Of a DNA stretch of 51,485 nucleotides, positions 1 to 10,518 are shown piece by piece; positions within the stretch are counted from its first letter, which is position 1; every line of letters begins with the position of its first letter. The DNA lies in contig JABHWQ010000464.1 of assembly GCA_018657655.1 (NCBI GenBank), forward strand, positions 1 to 51,485. Direction: 5' to 3'. Source of the DNA: Chloroflexota bacterium. Its GTDB lineage: Bacteria > Chloroflexota > Dehalococcoidia > SZUA-161 > SpSt-899. The position numbers and the translations under genes are program-made. The notes under the pieces were generated by a model. The model was not told where the DNA came from and searched no databases. It saw only the letters and a list, made by a program, of their open reading frames with translations.

Positions 1-147
1 AGGACCGGTTCACAGTTGAAAGCCAAGGCAATATCTCATTTGTGTATGCTCCAGAAACTTCCGATGAGAGTGAAAAAATATTTCAAGCATCCAAAAATCG
101 CTTATGCCGCTAGCATCCTTATTTAATTGCCGGGTTAATATAATTAT

Positions 148-1566
148 ATGCGTATACCTGCGAAATACGAGTTGCTGCTGATAAACTTCTATTCATTATT
201 TGTAGTTCTAATAGTAACCCTTACCAGCATTGAGCCGCTTCGGATCGCAGTTAGTCTCCCTTTCTTACTTTTTCTCCCCGGATACACCCTCATAGCGGCC
301 GTATTTCATAGAAATTCCGATCTGGAAGACGGCATTGAAAGAGTAGCGTTCTCTATTGGATTGTCCATAGCGATTGTGCCCCTTACCGGGCTTCTTCTCA
401 ATTATATCTGGGCCATCCGGCTTGGCACTATCCTTACATTCCTGGTTCTCTTCATCGCTATTACCTCCGCAATTGCATGGTATCGCAAACGCAGCATTTC
501 GGAAGATGAAAGATCAGCCCTTGTTCTCCACTTGCCCCTGCCACAACTCAATAAGTCCGGCACACTGGAGAGAGTGTTATCCATACTTCTGGTTCTCTCG
601 GTTATTAGTGCTATTGCAGCTACAGCCTATACCGCCTTCCATTTCCCCGGCGAGGAGGAATACACCGAGTTTTATGTCTTGGGATTTGAAGGTAAAATGG
701 ATGGTTACCCCAGGGAAATCGAACTTGATAAAGAGGGAAATATAGCATCGGTTAAATACGCTTATCTAAAGAAGGATTATGGAGGACAAGTTCTGCCGGA
801 ACCGGAGATGATCGAAGAGAAAGACGAAAGTGCTCGAATACTGCTGGGTGTTGCAAATCAGGAACACCGAACCATGTTATACGAAGTGGAAATATTAGTG
901 GATAGCAATCATTCTGCCACCATTGGTCCGGTTGAACTATCTCACGGGGAAACATGGGAAGGCGAAACGGGATTTGTGCCCACTGAAGCTTCCGCTGTTA
1001 CCACATTGGCAGAATCGCTTACCGAAGATCAACGGGTCGTTGCAGTTCGGTCCACAGATGGCTTCGCTTCGGGAGATGAGGTTATTATTGGCGAGGATAG
1101 AACCCGAATAAAAGAGATCAGAGAACATTCATTCATACTTACAGAAACACTTGGCACATCTTATCCCGTCGGTACAAAAGTTACCAAAACCCAGCGGGTT
1201 GAATTCAGATTGCACAAAGTGCACATGCTCGGTGCACCGGGGCAGGAGCAATCATCGCTTTCTATATGGGCAGGAAATCACGGAATGAGTGTAATGGTTG
1301 CGAACCTCAGTGACAAAGAGGCGGATTACTCTCTACAGATTCGGGCACAGCCAGAGGTTGGGTATCAAACCGTTACTAAGGAAATCGGGCCTTTTCGGCT
1401 TGGTTCCGGCGAGAAGTGGAACGAGGAAATAATACTCGTCACAGATGATAGCGAAGTGAAGGATATGGAGTTCTACTTGTACCAAAATGGAGAACTCATA
1501 TATCAGGAGAACTCCCCTCCTGATGATTACCTGATGCTTCATTTGCAAATCGAGGTCACTAAATAG
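148..1566 (+). CDS. DUF1616-like integral membrane protein (N-terminal TM bundle plus large extracytoplasmic domain)
   Basis: 472-aa ORF. The N-terminus (LLFLPGYTLIAAVF...DGIERVAFSIGLSIAIVPLTGLLLNY) resembles the DUF1616 signature known mostly from archaeal surface-glycosylation neighbourhoods. It is the first gene of a co-directional membrane-protein trio. Confidence 0.55.
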   Translation: MRIPAKYELLLINFYSLFVVLIVTLTSIEPLRIAVSLPFLLFLPGYTLIAAVFHRNSDLEDGIERVAFSIGLSIAIVPLTGLLLNYIWAIRLGTILTFLVLFIAITSAIAWYRKRSISEDERSALVLHLPLPQLNKSGTLERVLSILLVLSVISAIAATAYTAFHFPGEEEYTEFYVLGFEGKMDGYPREIELDKEGNIASVKYAYLKKDYGGQVLPEPEMIEEKDESARILLGVANQEHRTMLYEVEILVDSNHSATIGPVELSHGETWEGETGFVPTEASAVTTLAESLTEDQRVVAVRSTDGFASGDEVIIGEDRTRIKEIREHSFILTETLGTSYPVGTKVTKTQRVEFRLHKVHMLGAPGQEQSSLSIWAGNHGMSVMVANLSDKEADYSLQIRAQPEVGYQTVTKEIGPFRLGSGEKWNEEIILVTDDSEVKDMEFYLYQNGELIYQENSPPDDYLMLHLQIEVTK

Positions 1567-1583
1567 GAAAAGACCAGGACAAA

Positions 1584-3485
1584 ATGAGTAAAATAGCCGA
1601 GCATATCCGTGATCGGGTACCAGAGAAAATGGACATCATTGCCGCTATAGGTGGCATTTTTCTCGGGGCGGTGATCTCCGCGATGAACCTTATCTATTCC
1701 AATGCCTATCTCATCACCATTGGCCCTATGCTCATCATTACCTGTGCCTTCTATCTCCTGTTCCGGCACAGGCTGCTGGCGGAAACCTCGGAACCGCAGA
1801 CAAGCCAACACTTCGTACTCCTGGTGAACATCCTTTTCTGGCTTTCCTTTGCTGTTAGCATTTACACCCTCAGCACGGAAACCCTCCACCGCCCCCCTGC
1901 CTATTTCATCCTCACTGCCTTCGCTGCTTCCATGGTAGCAACACAAATATTATATGTACGGACAACAAGAACCACCGTTTTGGTGTTGTTTGAGATTCTG
2001 CTTCTAACCCTCAGTGTGGGCATAAGCGCTTACTGGGTATTCCCTACTATCCATGGCTCGGACCCATGGGCACACGTGGAATATGTACGGGATTTTGTGA
2101 ATACGGAACACATCGAATCCACCAGGGGCTGGATTGTGTACCTCAATTATCCCATAACTCACCTCAATGTAGTCGCGGCAAAACTGCTGGCAAATGTTGA
2201 CTATAAAGCAGCCATGTTCCTGGGCATTGGCCTGCCCTATGCTTTGAGCGCTGTCTTTGTGTTTCTGATTGGCCGTAGCCTGGCTGGTGTTAAAATAGGC
2301 CTTTTAGCGGCATTACTGACCGGGTTGAGCGATGTCCATCTGCAGTTTGGAATAGATTTGATGCCAACTTCCTATGGAATAATGTTCTTTGCCATTATTG
2401 CCTGCTTGCTTCTGCGCAAAAGAGGCACCGGTCAATTAGTGAGAATAGGACTGATCGCATTCCTCTTCTTGATAATCATTACTCATAATATGTCCAGCTT
2501 TGTATTGCTATGTCTGCTGGCTTCTTTCCTTATCGGTGTATATGTTTACAAGGTACTGTTTCAGTCAAAAGCCAGGTTAAAAGATTCTTCCCCGATTCCT
2601 CTACCTTCAATCGTGCTCATGTTTATTATTGCTATGCTGGGATACTGGATCTATGCTGGATTTCAGGAAGGACGGAGTTTCTTTGAAAACATCGTAGAGG
2701 GACTCTATAACTCCCTCGCAGAGGAAGCCGGTTTGCTGGCGCGACCGGAATCACCTATTGCCCAATATGGTTATTTAAAGCCCATCATGGATATTGCCGG
2801 TTTCGTGATGATTTATCTCTTTGGCACACTGGGAATCCTTATATGGCTTGCCAGGAAAAATATTGATAGGAACAGAATAGTCCTGATTTGCGCTGTTACT
2901 TTGCTAACAATTTCCGCACTTCTGTTTCCTGTAATGGGAATACGCAACATAATGCCCTACAGGTGGTACGCCTTCATATATATTATCCTGAGTGTCCCGG
3001 CGGCCGTAGCTATATTCACAGTTGTTCAACGTCTGTATTTATGGGGACTCACTAAGATTGTGTTAATATGTATCACGTTTTCTATTACTTTTTTGATGCT
3101 GACTAACAGTTTTACCAACACGGATAGCCCAATCTACAGTCGTGAATTGAACCAGCAGATGGTATATACTGATGCCGAGATGGCAACAGCCAGAAAAATT
3201 ATTGAAGTCTCTGGGGAACGGTGGGTAGTTACTGACTTGCAGTACGGTGGACGGGTATTGACCACGCATATGGGAAGAGACTCTGTAGCCAGAGATATGC
3301 AGAATGAGGAATGGATAAAAAGGATTGCCCCCATTGTTATCTGGCGAAACATTATGGCAGACCGGCCTATCCAAACCCCTGATCAAACGGTGATTCTGGG
3401 GGATTCCTACAAGCAGAATCTGGAAAACTCGCACGATCTCATTTATACCAATAATGCCTCCGGAATATTTTTGCCAGGGGAATGA
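1584..3485 (+). CDS. Large polytopic membrane protein, DUF2206-like / GT-C-like (candidate glycan polymerase or transferase)
   Basis: 633-aa ORF with many hydrophobic helices, then a ~130-aa soluble C-terminal domain. The loop motif HGSDPWAHVEY resembles the G-x-D-x-H-x-EY loop of archaeal DUF2206 proteins. No WWDYG oligosaccharyltransferase motif is seen. Confidence 0.4.
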   Translation: MSKIAEHIRDRVPEKMDIIAAIGGIFLGAVISAMNLIYSNAYLITIGPMLIITCAFYLLFRHRLLAETSEPQTSQHFVLLVNILFWLSFAVSIYTLSTETLHRPPAYFILTAFAASMVATQILYVRTTRTTVLVLFEILLLTLSVGISAYWVFPTIHGSDPWAHVEYVRDFVNTEHIESTRGWIVYLNYPITHLNVVAAKLLANVDYKAAMFLGIGLPYALSAVFVFLIGRSLAGVKIGLLAALLTGLSDVHLQFGIDLMPTSYGIMFFAIIACLLLRKRGTGQLVRIGLIAFLFLIIITHNMSSFVLLCLLASFLIGVYVYKVLFQSKARLKDSSPIPLPSIVLMFIIAMLGYWIYAGFQEGRSFFENIVEGLYNSLAEEAGLLARPESPIAQYGYLKPIMDIAGFVMIYLFGTLGILIWLARKNIDRNRIVLICAVTLLTISALLFPVMGIRNIMPYRWYAFIYIILSVPAAVAIFTVVQRLYLWGLTKIVLICITFSITFLMLTNSFTNTDSPIYSRELNQQMVYTDAEMATARKIIEVSGERWVVTDLQYGGRVLTTHMGRDSVARDMQNEEWIKRIAPIVIWRNIMADRPIQTPDQTVILGDSYKQNLENSHDLIYTNNASGIFLPGE

Positions 3486-3492
3486 CTGAGAC

Positions 3493-4962
3493 ATGGCAAG
3501 TGGAGTACAACGATTCATCCGTGATGTAGGCTGGTCATTTGCCAGTCTGGCTATCTCAGCCTTTGCCCACTTTATCCTCCGTACATTCCTGGCCAGATAC
3601 CTGGGCACCGATGATTTGGGACTCTACACCCTTGCCTTCACCGTCTACTCCTTCGGCATGATCTTTGCCGCCGTTGGTATCGGGGCTGCGCTAATCAAGT
3701 ACGTTGCCGAAAACAAAGAAGATGCTGCCAAGATAGGAATCATGGTATCAAGTGGAACTATCACTGCGTTTCTCATTGGGAGTATTGTGGGACTTGTCCT
3801 CTATGCCTCTTCTTCTACCATAGCCAACAATTTCTTCGATATGCCGGAGTTGGAGAAACTATTACACATCGTTGCATTTGCATTTCCTTTCATTGCGTTG
3901 GAAAAAGCCACTTTAGGTTTCCTCAATGGGAAAAGACTAATGAGTCTTTTTGCCTCCATTAATATTACACAAAATATACTGACAATCATTTTCACACTGA
4001 TCCTAGTCCTTCTCGGATGCGGCCTCACCGGTGCTGTAGTCGGTTTGGTGGTGCCGATATGCATATGCAGCCTTTTCTCCTTGTTTGCCATACGAACATC
4101 GTTGGGGAAAACAACATTTGAACAATATATCCCTGTTACCAGAACGCTTCTGGTCTTTGGGGTATATGTTGCTCTGACAAATGGCATAGGAATGCTATGG
4201 GGTAATATGGATAGCCTTATGATTGGAGGCTTCTTGAGCGAAGAAGCTGTGGGACTTTATGCCGTGGCATTCCTATTATCTCAGGTAATACAAATACCAT
4301 CGTTAGCCATTCAAATAATTACCACTCCCACAATAGCTACCTATTGGGGCAAGGGAGACGTAGGCCAAATCGAAAACATGGTAAACAGGATGATGAAGAC
4401 TGTGGCTATCTTCATCATACCCATTGTCTTCCTGATGGTGTTTCTGTCTCATGAAATAATAACACTGCTTTTCGGGGAGAAATTCACCCCAGCGGTCCTC
4501 CCTTTTCAAATATTGTTAATAGGTGGCGTATTTGCTGCGATACTGACGACAGTGGGGGGCACCCTTTCCAGCACGGGCTATGTAAAAGTGTTATTCAAAC
4601 TTAGCATTGCTGGTTTGGTGCTGAACATGGTTTTCAACCTGTTACTAATTCCTCCTTTTGGTATCACCGGAGCTGCGATAGCAACTTCGACATCAACGAC
4701 ATTAGCTGTTATGTTTGTTTTTTACCTTTGGCAGCGACTGCTGAATATAAGAATACACTGGGAATGGTTTGCTAAGTTATTCACCTTTGCTGCACTTTTA
4801 ATGGGGACCACTTATGGACTTGGAATAATAGTCAATAGTTATGTTTGCATTCTAATCTCCTTCATTGTTCTTGTAGTTACTTTGCTAAAATACTTCGTTA
4901 CGAAAGAAGACCTTAGGCTAATAAAAATAATTATGGGATGGGCAGTTGACGATAGTGGATAA
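3493..4962 (+). CDS. wzx: Polysaccharide biosynthesis flippase (MOP superfamily, Wzx/RfbX-like)
   Basis: 489-aa multi-TM ORF. The N-terminal region (SFASLAISAFAHFILRTFLARYLGTDDLGLYTLAF) and overall topology are typical of Wzx-type flippases. Confidence 0.75.
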   Translation: MASGVQRFIRDVGWSFASLAISAFAHFILRTFLARYLGTDDLGLYTLAFTVYSFGMIFAAVGIGAALIKYVAENKEDAAKIGIMVSSGTITAFLIGSIVGLVLYASSSTIANNFFDMPELEKLLHIVAFAFPFIALEKATLGFLNGKRLMSLFASINITQNILTIIFTLILVLLGCGLTGAVVGLVVPICICSLFSLFAIRTSLGKTTFEQYIPVTRTLLVFGVYVALTNGIGMLWGNMDSLMIGGFLSEEAVGLYAVAFLLSQVIQIPSLAIQIITTPTIATYWGKGDVGQIENMVNRMMKTVAIFIIPIVFLMVFLSHEIITLLFGEKFTPAVLPFQILLIGGVFAAILTTVGGTLSSTGYVKVLFKLSIAGLVLNMVFNLLLIPPFGITGAAIATSTSTTLAVMFVFYLWQRLLNIRIHWEWFAKLFTFAALLMGTTYGLGIIVNSYVCILISFIVLVVTLLKYFVTKEDLRLIKIIMGWAVDDSG

Positions 4963-4999
4963 TTTTAGTCGGTGAACCCTCACAATAAAAGCATGGAAA

Positions 5000-5121
5000 G
5001 AGCCTGTTGCACAAAGCAGTGCAGGAGACCTCCTGCCGGGGGTTTGGGGGTGTCCCCCAACTCAAACCTCCCCCAAGATTGGGGGATCGAGGGGGTTGAA
5101 AAGGGTTTTTGCAACAGCCTC
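5000..5121. repeat. Compact GC-rich multi-hairpin element (REP/MITE-like)
   Basis: An outer stem pairs 5000-5011 with 5110-5121 (11 of 12 bp). It encloses the hairpins gcagga-gacc-tcctgc (5021-5036), ggggg-tgt-ccccc (5046-5058) and ccccc-aagatt-ggggg (5070-5085). The element shares a ~40-nt segment with 27408-27447 in inverted orientation. Confidence 0.7.
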
Positions 5122-5807
5122 GAAATCGAATTTATATCGAATGTCTCTGACATTGGTTTAAAAGAGAATATATTCGATCATGCACTCTCGACTCGATCGG
5201 GAATCTAGAGGGGTCGGGGACTGGATTCCGGTTCGCGGCCCGGATTGACATATCCAGCTACAAACCTTTACTTAATTAAGATGCGATTGGCCTGACAATA
5301 AAAGGGAGCAAGGTCACATCTGTATTGTATATGGAATAGAATCTCGACTAAGCAGGTTCAAATTCTCGATTGTATGGCAGTAGTTTTTCGATTATACTAT
5401 TAATCATATCAATGGGTTGAATTCCCCGCCGCTTGCGGCGACATGTTAAGACGTTCCCAATTGATATCCCGTCCGTTGGTGGCGGGGCAGTTTATTTCCA
5501 TTAGACGAATATTTTTCAAGTATAGTAACTTGTTCTTGATCATTCCAAAGCTATGTGAATATTTTAAGAATAGACATGAAATATGTGGCTCAATCGATGA
5601 GGGTAATTCTCTATATATGCCAATGTTGGGGGAACTTTGATCTATCCTTCGGATCAAGATCTTTCTCCAAATACCAACATTAACATTGGAAATGATATAA
5701 CAAATTGGTGGCAGGTAAGTTGGCCTAAGAAAATCAAACATCATATCTTGGAATCTATCCGATGAGAAGAATATAGATTCCTAACCTATATGTAGAGGAG
5801 ACTAGAT

Positions 5808-6578
5808 ATGAAAACAGTTATTCTCTGTGGTGGACAGGGGATGCGGTTGCGTGAGGAGACCGAGTTTCGCCCCAAACCACTTGTCCCCATCGGCGGAAAA
5901 CCTATTCTCTGGCACATTATGAAAATCTATGCTCATTATGGGTTCCGCGAATTTGTGCTTCCACTTGGTTATCGTGGTGACATGATCAAAGAGTGGTTAT
6001 TGAACTATGAAACAATGACCAATGATTTCAGTATCCATCTTGGCGAGAATAGTTCAATTGAGTATCATGATTCACATTTAGAACAGGATTTTGAAGTCAC
6101 TTTGGCCGATACTGGCCAGAATACGATGACTGGTGGAAGAATAAAACTGGTAGAGAAATATATATCTGGTGATACTTTCATGGTGACATATGGTGATGGG
6201 GTAGCAGATATAGATATTCGCTCACTCATGGAGTATCATCACAGTCATGGTCGGCTAGCTACAGTTACAGTAGTACATCCATCCCAACGATTCGGTGTCC
6301 TTGCGTTAGATGAGAGTTCATCAGTAGTCGATTTTGCCGAAAAACCTCAGATGAAAGACTGGATTAGTGCTGGGTTTTTGGTGTTCAACCGACGTATATT
6401 TAACTATTTAGAAGGTGCTGATTGCATTTTAGAGCGTGAGCCTCTTGAACGCTTAACTTCCGAAGGTGAGCTAGTGGCTTATAAGCATGAGGGTTTCTTC
6501 TATGGTATGGATACATACCGTGATTATATGCATCTCAACGATTTGTGGGATAAAGGACAAACTCCATGGACGAAATGA
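5808..6578 (+). CDS. rfbF: Glucose-1-phosphate cytidylyltransferase
   Basis: 256 aa. [41 protein letters not shown] is a near-canonical RfbF/DdhA N-terminus, and the length is right. Confidence 0.9.
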   Translation: MKTVILCGGQGMRLREETEFRPKPLVPIGGKPILWHIMKIYAHYGFREFVLPLGYRGDMIKEWLLNYETMTNDFSIHLGENSSIEYHDSHLEQDFEVTLADTGQNTMTGGRIKLVEKYISGDTFMVTYGDGVADIDIRSLMEYHHSHGRLATVTVVHPSQRFGVLALDESSSVVDFAEKPQMKDWISAGFLVFNRRIFNYLEGADCILEREPLERLTSEGELVAYKHEGFFYGMDTYRDYMHLNDLWDKGQTPWTK

Positions 6579-7570
6579 CAATAGATAATCCTTTTTGGCA
6601 AGATCGTCCTGTTTTTGTGACTGGAAGTACGGGGTTACTGGGGGGTTGGTTGGTGCAGCGACTTCTTCAACTTGGCGCTGATGTTATTTGCTTGGTACGA
6701 GATTGGGTACCACAAAGTGAAATGTTTCAGGTACACCTTGTTGACAAAGTGAGGGTTGTTCGCGGTGATATCTGCGACCAAAAGCTCTTGGAAAGAATAT
6801 TGGGAGAATATGAAATAGAGACTGTTTTCCACCTAGCCGCTCAAACAATTGTGGGTATTGCTAACAGGAATCCTATTTCAACTTTCGAGACCAATATTGG
6901 TGGAACTTGGGCGCTGCTAGAGGCATGTCGGCGAAGTCCAAAAGTGAGTGGAATTGTAATGGCTTCGTCTGACAAAGCATATGGTGATCAAATAATACTG
7001 CCGTATAACGAAGATACGCCACTGCAGGGACGATTTCCCTATGACGTAAGTAAATCTTGTGCTGATCTAATCTCTCAATCGTATTCCAAAACTTATGAGG
7101 TTCCAGTAGCCATCACTCGCTGCGGTAATTTCTATGGTGGAGGCGACTTGAACTGGAATCGCATTGTTCCAGGAACCATCCGCTCAGTGCTGCGTGGTCA
7201 AAAGCCCATGATACGATCTAATGGGCAGTATGTGCGCGATTATTTTTATATAGAGGACGGTGTGGCTGCCTATATTTTACTAGCCGAGAAACTTGCAACA
7301 AGCCCACAGTTGAGTGGTGAGGCGTTTAACTTTTCTAATGAAAGGCCAGTATCTGTAATTGAGCTTGTTCAAGATATCCTACAGTTGATGGCATCCGATA
7401 TGGAGCCAATAATAGAAAATGAGGCTGCGAACGAAATACTCCAACAATATCTAAGTGCCGACAAGGCGAGACAGGTGATTGGCTGGCATCCTATATTCAA
7501 TTTGGATGAGGGCCTAAAAAGAACTATTTCTTGGTATGAGGACTTTTTTGACCATGAGCGATACGCATGA
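6566..7570 (+). CDS. rfbG: CDP-glucose 4,6-dehydratase (extended SDR)
   Basis: 334 aa. [19 protein letters not shown] is the Rossmann motif and YDVSKSCAD is the YxxxK motif. The gene overlaps the rfbF stop (alternative ATGA start at 6575) and sits between rfbF and rfbH as in ddh/asc clusters. Confidence 0.7.
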   Translation: MDEMTIDNPFWQDRPVFVTGSTGLLGGWLVQRLLQLGADVICLVRDWVPQSEMFQVHLVDKVRVVRGDICDQKLLERILGEYEIETVFHLAAQTIVGIANRNPISTFETNIGGTWALLEACRRSPKVSGIVMASSDKAYGDQIILPYNEDTPLQGRFPYDVSKSCADLISQSYSKTYEVPVAITRCGNFYGGGDLNWNRIVPGTIRSVLRGQKPMIRSNGQYVRDYFYIEDGVAAYILLAEKLATSPQLSGEAFNFSNERPVSVIELVQDILQLMASDMEPIIENEAANEILQQYLSADKARQVIGWHPIFNLDEGLKRTISWYEDFFDHERYA

Positions 7571-8873
7571 TTTGTTAAGAAAACAGATTATTGGCTTGGT
7601 TCGTGACTATCATAAAGCTGCGTTCCCACCGCAACAATTTGTGCCTGAAGAGAGTCCTGTTCCTTATGCAGGACGTATCTTTGATAGTGAAGAACTTGTC
7701 AACTTGGTAGAAGCATCTTTAGACTTCTGGTTAACTACCGGCCGTTTTGCGGATCAGTTCGAAGATGAGTTTGCTAAATTCTTTGGATTAAATCATTGCA
7801 TTTTGGTCAATTCTGGTTCTTCAGCTAATCTGCTAGCACTATCTTGCCTAACCTCACATAAACTTGGTGAACGACGCTTAAGGCCAGGTGATGAGGTTAT
7901 CACTATTGCTTCAGGTTTCCCGACAACGGTTAATCCAATCATACAAAATCGGCTCATACCAGTGTTTGTTGACATAGATATTCCAACTTATAATGTGGAC
8001 GTGACACAACTTGAGAAAGCCCGTTCCAAGCGGACTCGCGCTGTGATGCTGGCCCACACACTAGGAAACCCTTTTGATGTAGCGGCTGTCGTGCATTTTG
8101 CTAAACAGCACGATTTGTGGCTCATCGAGGATTGCTGCGATGCAGTGGGCTCGACCTATAATGGGCAGAAAATCGGAACTTTTGGAGATATCGCCACAGT
8201 TAGCTTCTATCCTGCTCATCATATCACGATGGGCGAAGGAGGAGCAGTTCTCACGAACTCCCCTCTCCTTGAAGAGTTGGCGCTTTCATTTCGCGACTGG
8301 GGGCGTGATTGCTGGTGTAATCCGGGCAAAGACAATACTTGTGGTAAGCGTTTCGAGAAGCAATTGGGTGACCTTCCCTATGGATACGACCATAAATATG
8401 TTTATTCACATATTGGCTACAATCTTAAGCTAACTGATATGCAAGCAGCTGTGGGGGTAGCACAGTTAATAAAACTCCCGGCTTTTATCAAGAAAAGACA
8501 GGATAATTTCCGCTACCTATATGAAGGGCTCAAAGATATAGAGCATTACTTCATTTTACCTCAGGCTACCCCAAACTCAGTCCCAAGTTGGTTCGGTTTT
8601 CCGCTGACGTTGCGATCAGAAGTCCCCTTCACTCGAAACGATGTAGTACAGCATTTAGAAAATCATAGAATCGCTACAAGATTACTCTTTGGGGGTAATT
8701 TAGTGCGTCAACCAGCATATCGCGACATTGAACATAGAGTTGTTGGTAATCTGGTAAACTCGGATTCTGTGATGCACCAAACCTTCTGGTTTGGGGTGTA
8801 TCCGGGGCTTACGCAAGCTATGCTTGACTATGTGATTATGACTCTGAAAACATTCGTAAATGGCAAACGGTAA
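7554..8873 (+). CDS. rfbH: CDP-6-deoxy-4-keto-hexose 3-dehydrase (E1; PMP/[2Fe-2S] enzyme of the DegT/DnrJ/EryC1 fold)
   Basis: The RfbH-like block is [35 protein letters not shown]. The catalytic Lys is replaced by His ([14 protein letters not shown], compared with [14 protein letters not shown] in the aminotransferase at 38705). An exact C-X57-C-X1-C-X7-C cysteine motif is present, counted from codons 8136, 8310, 8316 and 8340. The ORF track starts at 7536, but the ATG at 7554 is more likely. Confidence 0.85.
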   Translation: MSDTHDLLRKQIIGLVRDYHKAAFPPQQFVPEESPVPYAGRIFDSEELVNLVEASLDFWLTTGRFADQFEDEFAKFFGLNHCILVNSGSSANLLALSCLTSHKLGERRLRPGDEVITIASGFPTTVNPIIQNRLIPVFVDIDIPTYNVDVTQLEKARSKRTRAVMLAHTLGNPFDVAAVVHFAKQHDLWLIEDCCDAVGSTYNGQKIGTFGDIATVSFYPAHHITMGEGGAVLTNSPLLEELALSFRDWGRDCWCNPGKDNTCGKRFEKQLGDLPYGYDHKYVYSHIGYNLKLTDMQAAVGVAQLIKLPAFIKKRQDNFRYLYEGLKDIEHYFILPQATPNSVPSWFGFPLTLRSEVPFTRNDVVQHLENHRIATRLLFGGNLVRQPAYRDIEHRVVGNLVNSDSVMHQTFWFGVYPGLTQAMLDYVIMTLKTFVNGKR

Positions 8874-8991
8874 TGATCGTGTTAATATATATTATTGGTG
8901 CCACTGGATTTCGGAACTAATCATTAATGGCAATCTTTGCTTGAGTAAAAGCAGAAATTGAACTCTAAATTACGTCGAAGGAAGGACCAGA

Positions 8992-10500
8992 ATGAGTAAT
9001 CTTAATTCAGCAGAACCATTATTCGTTTTTGACATAGCAAATAATCACATGGGTAGTAGCGAGCATGGCCTCAAAATCATAAGACAAATTCATGATGTCA
9101 CCGAAGGCTTTGCTTTCAGTTTCGGATTCAAGCTTCAGTACCGTAATCTGGACACTTTTATTCATGCAGACTTCAAAACGAGATTGGATTTTAAGTATGT
9201 CAAGCGTTTCTCTGAGACTCGTCTTCCGTGGGACGAGATGAAAATGATGAAAGATGAGGCGAAGAAACTGGGGTTTATCACGATATGTACACCTTTTGAT
9301 GAACCCTCTGTTGATAAGATTGAAGAACATGATTTTGATATCATCAAAGTCGCAAGTTGCTCATTCACTGATTGGCCTCTTTGGGAACGGATTTCCAGAA
9401 CTGAGAAGCCCATAATTGCCTCCACTGCTGGCGCTTCCCTTGGGGATATTGACAAAGTGGTAGCCTTCCTAGAGCATCGAGGGAAAGACTTTGCTCTCAT
9501 GCATTGTGTAGCGGAGTATCCCACATCTGACGCCAATTTAGAGTTGGGGCAGATAGAACTTCTCGAAAAGCGATTTCCTCAAATTAGAGTCGGATATTCT
9601 ACACATGAGAGTCCTGATAACATGGCCGCTATTAAAGTAGCAATCGGCAAAGGCTCAAGTATATTTGAAAGGCATGTTGGTTTGGAGACAGAACAAATTA
9701 GTTTAAACGCATACTCCGCTACTCCAGAGCAAATCAGGCGATGGTTAGAGTCAGCCCAAATGGCGTTTGAGATGTGCGGCGTTCACGAGAAACGCTCAGA
9801 ATTCAGTGAAAGGGGAATTACGGAGTTAAAGGCATTACGTAGAGGGGCGTTTGCGATGCGCCAAATTAAAAAAGGGGAACGGATAGGTCAGACAGACGTT
9901 TTCTTTGCGATACCTACCTTCCCAGGTCAGATTACTGCCAACGACATGTCAAAATACTCTGACTTCTACACCGAAGCAGATATTGAAGAAAAAGCTCCCT
10001 TGCTTGATTCTAATACACTGCGGAGAGATATTCGAGAAAACATATATACTATCATATTACAGGTTAGGGAACTGGTTGAAAGAAGTGGTGTGATAGTTCC
10101 CAAACAGGTTGATGTTGAAATCTCTCACCATTATGGCGTCGATCGCTTTTACGACTTCGGGCTTACCATATTTACAGTGGTAAATCGTGAATACTGCAAG
10201 AAGTTGCTCATCCTTTTGCCAAAACAGCAGCATGCTGAGCAGTCGCATAAGGTAAAGGAAGAGACTTTTCATATCTTATATGGCGACTTATGGGTTAACT
10301 TAGATGGAGAAGTCAGGCAATGTAATCCTGGAGATGTAGTTACGGTGAATAGAGAGGTAAAGCATAGCTTTGGCACTGATACGGGGGCTATCATTGAAGA
10401 GATTTCATCAACACATTTTGCTGATGACTCTTCTTATACTGATATTGCTATTATGCAAAATAAACATCGTAAAACCCAACTGACGTACTGGCTTGACTAA
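8992..10500 (+). CDS. NeuB-family PEP-condensing synthase fused to SAF and C-terminal cupin domains
   Basis: 502 aa. NeuB landmarks are FDIANNHMG, KLQ, TPFDE, IKVASC, ASTAG, LMHCVAEYPT, VGYSTHE and ERHVGLE. A SAF-like segment (RRGAFAMRQIKKGERI) follows. The last ~140 aa are cupin-like (QHAEQSHKVKEETFHILYGDLWV...VKHSF). Confidence 0.7.
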   Translation: MSNLNSAEPLFVFDIANNHMGSSEHGLKIIRQIHDVTEGFAFSFGFKLQYRNLDTFIHADFKTRLDFKYVKRFSETRLPWDEMKMMKDEAKKLGFITICTPFDEPSVDKIEEHDFDIIKVASCSFTDWPLWERISRTEKPIIASTAGASLGDIDKVVAFLEHRGKDFALMHCVAEYPTSDANLELGQIELLEKRFPQIRVGYSTHESPDNMAAIKVAIGKGSSIFERHVGLETEQISLNAYSATPEQIRRWLESAQMAFEMCGVHEKRSEFSERGITELKALRRGAFAMRQIKKGERIGQTDVFFAIPTFPGQITANDMSKYSDFYTEADIEEKAPLLDSNTLRRDIRENIYTIILQVRELVERSGVIVPKQVDVEISHHYGVDRFYDFGLTIFTVVNREYCKKLLILLPKQQHAEQSHKVKEETFHILYGDLWVNLDGEVRQCNPGDVVTVNREVKHSFGTDTGAIIEEISSTHFADDSSYTDIAIMQNKHRKTQLTYWLD

Positions 10501-10518
10501 TCTTTTTAATTTAGATAT

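Noticed and set aside
1-126. Possible 3-prime end of an upstream + strand gene
   Set aside because: - Two frames are open from the window edge, with stops at 111-113 and 124-126.
- With fewer than 42 codons and no recognisable motif, I cannot choose a frame or a product.
4972-5208. 78-aa ORF, and the similar 89-aa ORF at 27320-27589 (-)
   Set aside because: - Both lie entirely on the GC-rich hairpin repeats and read as translated repeat (GGLGVSP, PQDWGIEG, PPLTGGIRGR).
- They have no RBS and no domain features.
5330-5380. tRNA-like T-arm sequence ggttcaaattc (and ccggttcgcggcccgg near 5228)
   Set aside because: The flanking sequence cannot form T-stem, acceptor or anticodon arms, so this is not a tRNA. 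At most it is a degraded fragment.
5409-5744. 111-aa minus-strand ORF and 65-aa plus-strand ORF in the wzx-rfbF gap
   Set aside because: They lie in an AT-rich region, have low-complexity and implausible sequences, overlap each other, and show no motifs. I treat the region as a non-coding leader.
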